64,000 nucleotides of DNA, taken from the NCBI RefSeq assembly GCF_009914755.1, contig NC_060939.1; one strand, written 5' to 3'. This stretch comes from the human T2T-CHM13v2.0 reference genome, Homo sapiens. The notes below the pieces were generated by a model. The model did no database searches. It saw only the letters and a program-made list of their open reading frames with translations, and was not told the origin of the DNA. This document shows, piece after piece, positions 39,793 through 53,184 of the stretch (its first letter is position 1; every line of letters starts with the position of its first letter). A program made the translations under genes and the position numbers.

Positions 39793-42700
39793 ATGACAGG
39801 ATCAAATTCACATGTAACAATATTAACCTTAAATGTAAATGGACTAACTGTCCCAATTAAACATTACAGAATGGCAAGCTGGATTAAGAGCCAAGACCCA
39901 TTGGTATGCTGTCTTCAAGAGACCCATCTCATGTGCAAAGACACACATAATAAAGGGATGCAGGAAAATTTACCCAGCAAATGGAAAGCAGAAAAAAAAA
40001 GAGTCACACTCCTAGTTTCTGACAAAACAGACTTTAAACCAATAAAGATAAAAAAAGACAAAGAAGGGCATTACATAATGGTAAAGGGTTCAATTCAACA
40101 AGAAGAGCTAACTATCCTAAGTATATATGCACCCAATACTGGAGCACCCAGATTCATGAAGCAAGTTCTTAGAGACCTGCAAAGAGACTTAGACTCCCAC
40201 ATAATAACACCGCACTGACAATACTAGACAGATCATTGAGACAGAAAATTCATGAAGATAATCAGGACCTGAACTGAGCTCTGGATCAAGGAGACCTGAT
40301 AAATATCTGCAGAGCTGTCCACCCCCAAACAACAAAATACACATTCTTCTCATGGCCAAATGATACTTACTCCAAAATTGGTCACATAATAAGAAGTAAA
40401 ACACTCCTCAGCAAATGCAAAAGAACTGAAATCATAACAATCCCTCAGACCACAGCACAATCAAAATAGAACTCCAGATTAAGAAATTCACTGAAAACCA
40501 CAAAACTACATGGAAATTGAGCAATCTGCTCCTGAAGGACTCCTGGGAAAATAATGAAATTAAGGCAGAAATCAAGAAGTTTGTTTGTACTAATGAGAAC
40601 AAAGAATGTACCAGCATCTCTGGTATACAACTAAAGCACTGTTAAGAGGGAAATTTATAGCACTAAATGCCCACATCAAAAAGTTAGAAAGACCTCAAAT
40701 CAGTAACCTAACATCTCAGCTAAAAGAACCAGAGAACCAAGAGCAAACCTCAAAGCTAGCAGAAGACAAGAAATAATCAGGATCAGAGTGAAACTGGAAG
40801 AGATAGAGCCAAGAAAAACTCTTAAAAAAATCAGTGAATCCAGGAGCTGGTTTTTTGCAAAAATTGAGAAAATAGACTACTAGATAGACTAATAAGGAAA
40901 AAAGAGAAGAATCAAACAGATACAATCAGATACAAGGGGGATATCACCAGTGACCCCACAGAAATACACACAACCATCAGAGAACACTATAAACACCTCT
41001 ATGTACCTACACTAGAAAATCTAGAATAAATGGATAAATTCCTGGACACGTACACCGTCTCAAGACTGAACCAAGAATAAATTGAATTCCTGAATAGACC
41101 ACTAATGAGTTCTGAAATTGAGGCAGTAATAAATACTCTACCAACCAAAAAACCCCGGGACCCGATGGATTTACAGCTGAATTCTACCAGAGGTACAAAG
41201 AAGAGCCAGTACCATTTCTACTGAAACTATTCCGAAAATTTGAAAACAAGGCACTCCTCCCTAACTCTTTCTATGAGGCCAGTATCATCCTGATACCAAA
41301 ACCTGGCAGAGATACAACAGAAAACGAAAACTTCAGGCCAGTATCCCTGACAAACATTGATGCAAAAATCCTCAATAAAATACTAGCAAACCGAATCCAG
41401 CAGCACATCAAAAAGCTTATCCACCACAATCAAGTTGGCTTCATCCCTGGGATGCAAGGTTGGTTCAACATATGCAAATTAATATAGATAATTCATCACA
41501 TAAACAGAACTAACAACAAAAACCACACAATTAGCTCAATAGATGCAGAAAAGGCCTTCAATAAAATTTGTCATTGTAAGGTCAGCCAAGAGAAAGGACG
41601 AGAGAGAGAGAGAGAGAGACCCAAGTTCAGGCAAGCCTTTATTTAACCTGCTGGCTGTTCCATTACAGACAGAGGAGACAGCCTTGAGCTAACAAGATGA
41701 TGGGTTTATATTGGGGAGAGAGATCCTGGGGTCGTTTGTTGGTTAACTTTGCCATATGTCATCTTGTGATGTTTATGGTAGCAGCTAGATGAAGGAACTT
41801 AGAGGAGGGAGTAGGTAAAGTTTGTTTATGCTTCCCACCATCTCCCTCTGTGTGGTCTGGATGGTTTGTAATTGGGGTTTGTTTATTGTAGCAAGACCTG
41901 ATAGGTAAAGTCTGTTGGCTTCACCATGGCACTTAGATAAGGGCTTAGAAATGTAAAAAGGTTTGGGGGAAGGGTGGGCAGCACGGAGAGGTTTGCGGGG
42001 AGTGTTGGCAATACCAAGAAGTTTTTGGGGTGGTTTGTCCCTAACCGTTGTCCCTTTATGTTAAAAACCCTGAATGAACTAGGTATTAAAGGACCATGCC
42101 TCAAAATAGTAAGAGCTGTGTATGACAAACCCACAGCCAATATTATACTGAATAGGGAAAAGCTGGAAGCATTCCCCTTGAAAATCAGGACAAGATAAGG
42201 ATGCCCTCTCCCACCATTCCTATACAACATAGTATAGGATGTTCTGGCTAGGGTAATCAGGCAAGAGAAAGAAAGAAAGGGTAATCAAATGAAAACAGAG
42301 GAAGTCAAATTATCTTTGTTTGCAGGTGACATGATCCTCTATCTAGAAAACTCTACTGTCTCAGCCTAAAAGCTTCTTAAGCTGATCGGCAACTTCAGCA
42401 AAGTTTCAGGATATGAAATCGATGTGCAGAAATCAGTAGCATTCCTATACACCAACAACAGACAAGCAGAGAGCCAAATCATGAATGAACTCCCATTCGC
42501 AATTGCCACAAAGATGATAAAATGCCTTGGAATACAGTTAACAAGGGAAGTGAAGGTCCTATTCAAGAAGAACTACAAACCACTGCTCAAGGAAATCAGG
42601 ACACAAAGAAATGGAAAAACATTCCATGCTCATGTATAGAAATAATCAATGTCATGAAAATGGCCTTACTGGCCAAAGTAATTTATCAATGCTATTCCTA

Positions 42701-43980
42701 TTAAACTACCAGTGCCATTTTTGACAAATTAGAAAAAAAATCTATTTTAAAATTCATATGGAATAAGAGCCCAAATAGCCAAGACAATCGTAAACAGAAA
42801 CAACAAAGCTAGAAGCATCATGCTACCCAGCTTCAAACTATACTACAGGCTACAGTAACCAAGACACCATTGTACTGGTACAAAACAGACACATAGACCA
42901 ATGGGACTGAATGGAGAACTCAGAAATAAGGCCACACTCCTACAACCATCTAATCTTTGACAAACCTGGCAAAAGCAATGAGAAAATGATCCCCTATTTA
43001 ATAAATGGTGCTGGGAGAACAGGCTAGCCATATGCAGAAGATTGAAACTGGACTCCCTCCTTACATAGTATACAAAAATGAAGATGGATTGAAGACTTAA
43101 ATATAGAACCCAAAACTATAAAAACCATAGAAGAAAATCTAGGTAATACCACTCTGGACATAGGCATGGGTAAAGATTTCATGACAAAAATGACAAAAGC
43201 AATTGCAACCAAAGAAAAAATTGACAAATGGGATCTAATTAAACTAGAGTTTCTGCAATCAAAAGAAACTATCATCAGAGTGAACAGACCACCTACATAA
43301 TGGGAGAAAATTCGTGTAATCTATGCATCTGACAAAGGTCTAATATCCGAGGTCTACAAGGAACTTACAAAAAATTACAAGAAAAAAACAATCCCATTAA
43401 AAAGTAGGCAAAAGACTTTTGGAAGAAAATTTGTGTAATCTATCCATCTGACAAAGGTCTAATATCCAAGGTCTACAGGGAACTTACACAAAATTACAAG
43501 AAAAAAACAACCCCATTAAAAAGTAGGCAAAGGATATGAACAGACATCTCCCAAAAGAGGACATTCATGGGGCCAAATATATGAAAAAAAGCTCAACATC
43601 TCTGATCATTAAAGAAATGCAAATCAAAACCAAAATAAGATGCCATCTCATGCCATACAGAATGGTGGTTATTAAAAAGTCAAGAAACAACAGATGCTGA
43701 TGAGGTTGCCGAGAAAAAGGACACTTTTACATTGTTGGTGGGAGTGTAAATTAGTTCAACATTGTGGAAGACAGTGTGGCAATACCTTAAAGACCTAGAA
43801 CAAGAAATGCTGCTTGACCCAGCAATCCCGTTACTGGATATATACCCAAAGGAACATAAATTATTCTATTATAAAGATACATGCACATGTATGTTCATGA
43901 CAGCACTATTCACAATAGCAAAGACATGGAATCAATCCAAATGCCCTTCAATGGTAGACTGAATAAAGAAAATGTGGTAC
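39793..43980 (+). pseudogene. L1 ORF2p (endonuclease-RT), disrupted
   Basis: MTGSNSHVTILTLNVNGL, CCLQETH, IYAPNTGAP. RT motif FADDM mutated to FAGDM (42319-42333). Interrupted by an LTR. Confidence 0.9.
41575..42045 (-). mobile_element. LTR3-like solo LTR (HERV-K HML-6) inserted in L1 ORF2
   Basis: Reverse complement GTTAGGGACAAAC...CTGACCTTACA. L1 sequence resumes exactly on both sides. Degenerate 6-bp TSD tgtcat/cgttgt. Confidence 0.8.
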
Positions 43981-44460
43981 ATATAACATGGAATACTATG
44001 CACCCATAAAAAGGAGTGAGATCATGTCCTTTGCAGGGATATGGAAGGAGCTAGAAGCTGTTATCCTCAGCAAGCTAATGCAGGAATAGAAAACCAAACA
44101 CCGCATGTTCTCATTTATAAGTAGGAGTTAAATGATGAGAACATATGGACACATGTGGGGAAACCACATACACTGGGCCTGTTGGTGGGGATGAGGGGAG
44201 AGAGAGCATCAGGAAGAACAGCTAATGGATGCTGGGCTTAATACCTATGTGATAGGATGATCTTTGCAGCAAACCACCATGGCACTTGTTTACCTATGTA
44301 AAAAACCTGCACATCCTATACATGTACCCTGGAATTTCAAATAAAAATTGAAAAAAAAAAAAAGAATTAGTTCATTACCAAGGCATTTGAATCTGTGTGA
44401 CTCATTATTATGCCTGTTTTCCAGGTAACGATTTTCCTGAAATATTTTTCTCTGTTTCTG

Positions 44461-44747
44461 TTTTTGAGACAGAGTCTCACTCTGTCACCCAGGCTGGAGT
44501 GCAGTGGCGAGATCTTGGCTCAGTGCAACTTCCAACTCCTGGTTCAAGCAACTCTCGTGCCTCAGTCTTCCAAATAGCTGAGATTACAGGAATGTGCCAC
44601 CATGCCTGGCTAATTTTTGTATTTTTAGTAGACACGGGGTTTCGCCATGTTGCCCAGGCTGGCCTCAAGCTCCTGGCCTCAAGTGATCCACCTGCCTTGG
44701 TCTCCCAAAGTGCTGGGATTGCAGGCGTGAGCCATTGTGCCCAGCCT
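44461..44747 (-). mobile_element. Alu (Jb/Sz-like)
   Basis: Antisense dimer containing 'ctcctggcctcaagtgatccacc'. Confidence 0.9.
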
Positions 44748-44769
44748 ATCCTGTAGTTTTTGCTTGATA

Positions 44770-45930
44770 TCTTATTTATGAAATCTTTCTTTTCACTAAG
44801 AACAGAAACATGTTAGTTTATATTTTATTCTAAAATTTAAAGTTTGTCATTGACAAATCTTTAATCACTGGAATTGATTTGATATAGATATTAGAGATCT
44901 AACTCCATTCTCCATTCCAACCTCCATTTTAATAGCCAATGGTCAAAAAATTTAATGAACTGTTTTACCTTTCCTCACTGATTGGCAGTGCTGCTTCTTC
45001 ATGTATCAAGTTTAAGTGGCTCTGTTTCTGAACATGCAATTCTATTTTATTTGCTAATTTATCCATACTTAAGACAAAATCACATTCTCTTGTCACAATC
45101 ACATAATACATTTTGCAATCTGATAGGACAAATTGACCACTTACTTTTTCTCCTTTTAAGTATCTTCATTATTCTTGGTTCTTTGTAATTCTCAAATAAC
45201 AAGAATTATCTCCTCTAGTTTCTAAACAGCAACACAATAAAAACAAGAACAAAAATAATAATTTCTCTTTTATTTTGAGAGGGATTGATTTGAAGCCATA
45301 TAGAAATTTTGGAAGAACTGATATTTTGTTGTCTGTGATAAGCAGATGTCTCTATTTTTAACTGTTTTAAAATATTTATAATTTTATCCATAAAGGGCTT
45401 ATGCATGATTTAAAAGTTAAACTTCCAGGGTTTTTTTCCCTAAAAAAATTATAGTATTGTACTTCACACTTAAGTCCATGATCTGTTTGAGTAAATTTTT
45501 GTATAAAGCATGGATTTATGATTTGTCTATTTCTCCTTTCAGTTCTATCAGTCTCTGACATATTTTGAGGATCTGTATTTGGTACATGTACGTGTAGGAT
45601 TGCTATATTTTCTTGGTAAATTGGCCCTTTTATGACATTTTGACTCTGGAATGTCTAAGTATCTGGTAATTTTTTTTTCTCTGAAGTCTGTGTTTTTATC
45701 TGATAGTAGCATAGTCACTCCTGCTTTCTTTTGATTAATGTTTACATGATATATCTCTTCCCCTCCTTTTACTTTTAGTGTGCATATATTGTTATATTTG
45801 AAGTTTCTGGTAGACAGCATATAATTGTGTCATGTTTTTAAATCTACTCTGTTAATATCTGTCTTTTAGTTATTTGGGTAATTAACACTTAATATAATTA
45901 TTTACATTGAACATAAAAGGCTTATGTCTG
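44770..45930 (-). mobile_element. Old L1M fragments including the endonuclease-coding region
   Basis: Minus-strand translation LKVKGGEEIYHVNINQKKAGVTMLLSDK.DF matches the L1 ORF2 EN domain. Confidence 0.75.
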
Positions 45931-46030
45931 CCATCTAAGATGCCTCCAGGCTTCCTAATTGATGTGTCTTAAAACTTCAAAAAGAAAAGAAATTATTTTA
46001 TTATTTTAATAATTTAATTTGGCTCTTTTT

Positions 46031-48723
46031 TTATTTTAAACTTTTATTTTAGGTTCAGGGGTACATGTGCAAGTTTTGTTATATAATTAAAATCATTTCA
46101 CGGGAGTTTGTTGTACAGATTATTTTATCACCCAGGTACTAGGCCTAGTACCCAATGGTTATTTTTTCTGATCCTTTCCCTCCTCCTGCCTTCCATCCTC
46201 AAGGAGGCCCTTGTCGTTCTGTTGTTCCCCTCACAGGGTCCCTGTGTTCTCATCATTTAGCTCCCACTTACAAGTGAGAACATGTGGCATTTGGTTTTCT
46301 GTGTCTGCATTAATTTGCTAAGGATAATGGCCTCCACCTGCAACCATGTTCTTGCAAAGGACATGATATCATTCTTTTTTGTTGCTGTATAGTATATATG
46401 TACCACATGGTATATACGTACCACATTTTCTTTACCCAGTCTGCCATTGATGGGCATTTTGGTTTATTCCATGTATTTGCTATCGTGAATAGTGCTGCAA
46501 TGAATCTATGCATCCGTGTGTCCTTATGGTAGAATGATTTGTATTTCTTTGGGTATATACCCAGTAATAGGATGGCTGGGTCAAATGAGAGTTCTGTTTA
46601 TAGCTCTCTGAGGAATTGCTACACTGCTTTTGATGGTTGAATTAAGTTACTCTCCCACCAACAGGGTATAAGCATCTCCTTTCTCTGCAACTTTACCAGC
46701 ATCTGTTATTTTTTACTTTTTAATAATAGCCATTCTGATTGGTGAGAGGTTGTACCTCACTGTGGTTTTAATTTGCATTTCTGTAATGATTGGTGATATT
46801 GGATTTTTTTATATGCTTGTTGGCTGCATGTATGTCTTCTTTTGAAAAGTGCCTGTTCATGTCCTTTGCCCATGTGTTAATGGGGTTATTATTTTTCTTG
46901 TACATTTATTTATAGATGCTGGATATTAGTCCTTTGTCAGATGCATAGTTTGCAAATATTTTCTCCTGTAGGTTGTGTTTACTCTGTTGATATTTTCTTT
47001 TGCTATGCAGAAGCTCTTTAGTTCAATTAGATCCCATTTGTCAACTTTTGCTTTTGTTGCAATTGCATTTAGCAGCTTCATCATGGAATCTTTGCCAGTT
47101 CCTATGTTCAGAATGGTATTGCCTAGGTTATCTTCTAGAGTTTTTATAGTTTGGATTTTATATTTAAGTCTTTAATTTATTTTGAGTTGATTTTTATATA
47201 TAATATAAAGAAGGGGGTCCAGTTTCAGTCTTCTGCATATGGCTAGCCAGTTATCTCAGCACTATTTATTAAGTGGGGGGTCCTTTCCCCATTGCTCATT
47301 TTTGTCAGCTTTGTAAAAAATCAGATTGTTGTAGGTGTGCAGCCTTATTTCTGGACTATCTCTTCTGTTCAGTTGGTCTTTGTGTCTGTTTTTGTACCAA
47401 TACCATGCTGTTTTTGTTACCATAGCCCTGTAGAATAGGTTGAAGTCAGGTAGCGTGATGCCACCAGCTTTGGTCTTTTTGCTTAGAATTGCCTTTGTTA
47501 TTTGAGCTTTTTTTTTGGTTCCATATGAATTTTAAAATACTTTTTTCCTAGTTATGTGAATAATATTATTGGTAGTTTAATAGGAATAGCATTGAATCTA
47601 TAATACTGCTTTGGGCAGTATGGTCATTTTAATGATAATGATTCTTCCTATCCATGAGTATGGAATGTTTTTCCATTTGTTTGTGTCATCCCTGATTTAT
47701 TTGAGCAGCGTTTTGTATCTCTCATTGTAGAGATCTTTCACCTCCCTGGTTAGCTATGTTCCTATGTTTTTTATTCTTTTTGTAGCAATTGTGAATGGGA
47801 TTGATTTTCTGATTTGGCTGTTGGTGGTGTATTGGAATGCTAGTGAGTTTTGTCCATTGATTTTTTTATCCTGATACTTTGCTAACATTGTTTATCTGCT
47901 GAGGGAGCTTTTGGGCCAAGGCTATGGGGTTTTCTAGTTATAGAATCACGTCTACAAACACAGATCATTTGACTTCCTATATTCATATTTGGATGCCCTT
48001 TATTTCTTTATCTTGACTGATTGCTTTGGCCAGGACTTCTAGTACAATGTTGAATAGGAGTGGTGAGTGAGGACATCCTTGTCTTGTGCTGGTTTTCAAG
48101 GGGAATGCTTCCAGCTTTTGCCTATTCTGTATGTCAGTATGATGTTGGCTGAGGGTTCATCCTAGATGGCTCTTATGATTTTGAGGCATATTCCTCCAAT
48201 ACCTAGTTTACTGAGGTGTTCTTTTTTTTTTTTTTTTTTTTTTTTTAAACGGAGTCTTGCTGTGTCACCCATGCTGGATCACCTGAGGTCAGGAGTTCAA
48301 GACTAGCCTGGCCAATATGGTGAAACCCTGTCTCTACTAAAAATACAAAAATTAGCTGGACACAGTGGCACACGCCTGTAGTCCCAGCTACTCAGGAGGC
48401 TGAGGCTGAAGAATCACTTGAACCTGGGAGGGGGAGGTTGCAGTGAGCTGAGGTTTTTTTTTTTTTTTTTTTTTTTTAACATGACAGGTTATTGAATTTT
48501 ATCAAAAGGTCTATCTGTGTCTATTGAGATAATCATGTGGTTTTCATTTTAGTTCTGCTTATGTAATGAATCATATTAACTGATTTGCAGATGTTGAACC
48601 AACCTTGTATTCCAAGGATAAAGCCTACTTGATCATGGTGGATTCACTTTTTGATATCCTGCTGGATTTGGTTTGCAAGTATTTTGTTGAGGATTTTTGC
48701 ATTAATGTTCATCAAGGATATTG
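46031..48723 (-). mobile_element. 5'-truncated L1 (L1PA15/16-like)
   Basis: Antisense 3'UTR 'ttaggttcaggggtacatgtgc...gtacagattatttt' through ORF2 '[17 protein letters not shown]'. Probable TSD ttggctc..ttttt at 46019 and 48724. Confidence 0.9.
48222..48452. mobile_element. AluS with internal inversion (twin-priming structure)
   Basis: Antisense tail and 3' end (48222-48278) fused to a sense Alu body (48276-48452). TSD ctgaggt(g/t)tt. Confidence 0.85.
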
Positions 48724-50118
48724 TTGGCTCACTTTTTAAAAAGTCATTAACACAGAGTCTAGCGGGTTCTAATAAAAGTTCTATTAATAGCTTGTTATGC
48801 TTGGAATGTAAGCAAACAAATGAAACTTTCAATTTTTTATCTTTTGTTCCCAATATTTCCAAATATAAGTATAAAACTTGATCTCAAACCTATGGTGATG
48901 ACTTATATGTAACCAATTAGCAAGCCATATGGTCTGTCCTGGACTATTCAGTCTATGTTCTGATGAGTTCCAAAATTGTATATTTCCTGAATTTTCCAAT
49001 AAGGCCTAAGAAAAAGCAGGTGGATAGATGATATTAGACTTTTAAGCACCATTAAGTTACAGGCTGTGTCTTTTTTTCACAACATCATATTTAGAGCATA
49101 GTATAATGTGGCACATAGAAGATTTTGATTAATATTTGTAAAATGGATGAATGAACAAATGAAATAGAAAGCTGATTTATTAGCTCTCAGCTCAACAACA
49201 GTCCTCATTTCATCTTCTTCTGTCCATACTCAATCCCCATCTCCAAGGTACAATTTGAAGTTCAATTCCTTTTGCAGCATTTCCTTAATGCTCTACCAAC
49301 TGGAAGTAGCTGCTCCTTTTCCTGAAAACTTAGACCATCATGCCTCTGATCACCTTGTACCTCTCATTGGTGATGTTTGTTCACATCTTTTGTTATGACT
49401 CTTGAGCTCTTTTTATTTTTTGAAAGGGTCATCTGTGTCCGTTCGATCTTGTCACCGCAGCTCCCAACACAGTGTTTTGTATCCATCAGAGGCTCTCATT
49501 GAATTTCTACTGCAGAAAGTTGTGACTGCCTGAGATGGCTGTTGTTCTCATCTGGGACTTGTTCCATTATAATGGTGAAGGGTTGTCAAGGTTGGAGGAT
49601 GACTCTTTAGGCTTCACTGTAGAGGAACACATGGGCAGAAAAATATCTAGAATCAAAACTTATATGTGGTATCACAATGACTTTGTCTTCAGAAACATAT
49701 CATGATACACATTGTTGAAACTGGCAGCCAATACCTTCTGAATTAAAATTTAATTGTTTTAACTTTATCAGAAGGATTGATTTGCTATCTGATTCAGTAG
49801 CGCAATTAGGTGAACATATTCTTAAGGTAAATGAACAAGAACTGAAAATAACCAAAAGAGTAGGCTGGGAGTGTAAGCCAAAACCAAAATCTTGATTTAA
49901 AGGTATTTTCCATCTCAAAAGCTACTCATGTAAGAACTAGCTAGATTTTCTAAAATAATAAATCTTGTTTGTTTACTCTTTTTATTTTTAGTTCTTTAAA
50001 GTGCCAGGTTACTGTTATTTTTTGAAAGTGGTTCTTGTGGAGATTAAATATGGAAAAATGATACTGCTTTCAGAAGAAAGTACTCTGTTGAGAAACTTCT
50101 GTCATAAGAAAGAGCTAC

Positions 50119-50407
50119 CGGTGCAGAGGCTCATGCCTATAATCCCAGCACTTTGGTAGGCCGAGGGGGGCGGATCATGAGGCCAGGAGATTGAGACCAG
50201 CTTGACCAACATGGTGAAATCCCGTCTCTACTCAAAATACAAAATTAGCTGGGTGTGGTCACAGGCACCTGTAATCCCAACTATTCAGGAAGCTGAGGCA
50301 GGAGAATCGCTTGAACCTGGGAGGCGGAAGTTGTAGTGACTGGAGATTGTGCCGCTGCACTCCAGCCTGGGTGACAGCAAGACTGCATCTTAAAAAAAAA
50401 AAAAAAA
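50119..50407 (+). mobile_element. AluSc/Sg-like
   Basis: 'ggatcatgaggccaggagattgagacc', poly-A, approximate TSD aagag(c/t)ta. Confidence 0.9.
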
Positions 50408-51459
50408 GAGTTATCAACAGAAATTTATTATACTCTTTCAACATAGGGCTAGGGCCTTTTATTTTCTGAACTCTTAAATTACAAAAAGGTTGGAGAGGGC
50501 AGAAATGATGTGAGAAAGATGTGTAGGAATTAGCCAGGTGAGGAAATGACCTTTCAAGCAGAGGAAAAGGGGACGGTGAAGGCACACAGCTGACACAGAG
50601 TAGGAAGTATGGAGAGACCTGAGACTGAATCAAAAGGCAGAAGAATGAGAAATGAAGCTAGAGAGGGGAATCCAGAGCCTTGCATTTATTGTACTTAAAG
50701 AGCTTGGAATTTATTCTTTACACAGGATAAACCATTAAAGGTATTTTCCATTAATCTGTTATAACTATTTATTGTGCTAGGCCCTGTTCTAGGGATTGAA
50801 GATACAGCAGTGGGCAAGACATAATGTCTTCCCTCAAGGGACTTATAATCTACAGAGGAGTACAGAAAATAGATAAGCAATTATAATATAATACATGCTT
50901 TACCTTTGCAGTGAAGAATCTTGGCACCTTATTAAGAACTTACCAATATTTTAGGTTGTTCACTCTTCGTGCAGTTTGGAGTATGGCTACAGGTTGACAG
51001 AATGTGAGACACTGACCTTATTTAGATAAAGTGCCTGCTACGTAGTAGATATTCAGCCAGTGTGCTAAATCCCGGACTGCTTTCTACTTGTTGGGTGGGA
51101 GACTTGCAGCTGTTTAAAAAAATTTAGCACCTGGCTGGGAATGATTTATTGATATAACCCAGGAAATCCATAGACATTTATTTTGGTTCTATGATGTCTG
51201 TTATTTTGAGAGAGAAATAAGAAAACTACAAGTTATCTAAAATAATTTTTGTAGAATAATTTCTCAAAGATTTGACTATGATCTTGAGCACTTAGTCATT
51301 TTTGCTTCTATTTCTCTATAGCACTCAGTATACAACTCCATTAGTGTTAATTGCAGTGTGTTAATCATCTGATTATATATCCCAGGTTTGGAGAACTATG
51401 AGCACACCAGGACTCTGAGATGAATCCCAAACAGAGGACCTGGCACATCAAAGAGAGAT

Positions 51460-51620
51460 TTTTCTCAAAGTATCATCCCAGGACTACCTGATGGGCTTGC
51501 AAAAATGCAGATTCCTGGAACTCTGCTCCAGACAGAATGAATCAGATTTTATTAGGAAGGTTGGGAATTTGCACTTTATAGTCCTCAAGATTCTTATGTA
51601 TACTAAAGTCTGAATATAAT
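51460..51620. mobile_element. MER5-type DNA transposon relic
   Basis: 'ttctcaaagt...aaaaatgcagattcctgga...gaatcaga...aatttgcacttt...gattcttatgtatactaaagtctga'. Confidence 0.7.
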
Positions 51621-53184
51621 GTTTGCTGTTGAACTGAAACTCAAGAACTTACTCTTTTTGAGTAGAGAAGGTGTCTTATAATAAATTCAGGTTTAACTAA
51701 CATTAAATTTGACCTTAAGCTCTGCTATTTGTTTTTTCATATTTTTGGAACCACTATTCTCAATGTCAGAAACACAGGAAGAAGATAAAAATGTCAATAC
51801 ACAGAAATATATCTAGACAAACATCTGTGACACTCTTACCTCAGTACCTTATAAAAGTACATGTTGGGGGAAAAATCCACATTAACCCCAGTCAGGCAGG
51901 CAACTGAAAGAGGCATCTCTACTGCAACTTCTAAAACTTAAAATGCAAAGAGGGGGCTTGGTAAAGATGATCAGGTATTGAAAGCCCATCACGTGGAACA
52001 AACCTTATATTAATTTGTTTAATTTTCACAGTAGCCATGTGATGTAGACAATAATAGTCCCATCTCATAGACAGGAAATTGAAACTTGAAGAGGCTAAGC
52101 AATTTGCCCAGAGAAGATCTTCATTTTTATTTTTTCTTAAATAAGTTTTTTCCCCTTTTCCTTTTTCTCTTTGCTTAGAAAAGTATCAGCAAAGACTAAA
52201 ATAAAGATTTTTTTTTTTTTTGCCTCTGTAGGATTGGATATTTAGTAGCTAATGTGATGGTAGCTTTTTCCAGTATAATTCTTCAGTACTCTAATTTTAT
52301 AATAATTTCTCATCTCTAACAACAGAATACAATAGCTGGGAAATCAAAGGTGTCAACTGATACTCCAAGTGTTTTATATTTAATTTTAGATTACATGCAG
52401 TAGATCGGTCTCTAGCATCCAACCACACTGTAAGACATGGAATGCTTCTGTAAGACAGTAAACCAACTGGAGAAAATCACATTTGATTCTGGATTCAGGG
52501 CTGAAGACACAGAAATAGCCAGGGGTTATGCATTTTTCTCAGCTGAGAGAGCAAGCTCAGGGTTGGCATTAGGTTACCACATTTTGCATTGCTTAGAGAA
52601 GACACATCTGTGTTCAAAGAGGGTTTCAGGAAGCCAACTAAGACAAGTCCATGTCTTCATCAACGTAATCCTAAAAGTTTCAGGTCTTTTTGTAACAACA
52701 GTTATTATATATTACAAAGCGAAATGTAATATAGCAATCTAGTGAAAACAGCCCTATAGTTATACTCTGCTCTGTGATTCTCACGGTGAGAAGAATATGG
52801 GGAGATGAAGCCTTTTCTCTGAAGATATTTCTTAAACTGTAAAATATGAGCAGTAAATTCATATTTTTAGGACCTCATTTCTAAGGTCCTTTTGCCAAAC
52901 TTTTAAAAATGATGATTTATATATGTCTGCAACAAGTGTGAAAATATCTAACATTTCTCTTAATTCTGATTTAACTCAATAAACCTACATGGCTGGGTGA
53001 CTTGGCATCAGAAATGCCCTGACAGGGAGTCAGCATACAAGCTGAATTGGGTATATTGAATTCCAACTTGACTCATTTCAACATTTTACCCTGATTTCAC
53101 ATCTATCTAATGTATAAAGGCTTCCTATGGTATTCAACACAGTAATGTGAATAATCAAGCCATTTTTTGGGCTGCCCACTATGT

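Larger units (their letters stand above)
37312..44361 (+). mobile_element. Full-length decayed L1 (L1PA11-L1PA13-like)
   Basis: 5' 'ggccaagatggcc', long 5'UTR, ORF1, ORF2, 3'UTR and poly-A. TSD aa(a/g)aattagt(a/t)catt at 37297-37311 and 44362-44376. Confidence 0.93.

Noticed and set aside
39312-40218. ORFs with clear L1 ORF1/ORF2 homology as functional genes
   Set aside because: Fragments of a decayed L1 with stops, frameshifts, an LTR insertion and a mutated RT catalytic motif.
44397-44756. 119-aa ORF, and similar ORFs at 3051, 10305, 22110, 25827, 32818, 50259 and 59084
   Set aside because: Translations of Alu sequence (e.g. [19 protein letters not shown]).
52437-52742. 101-aa ATG-initiated ORF in unique sequence
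   Set aside because: No recognisable domain. Length is within chance expectation for 64 kb in six frames.
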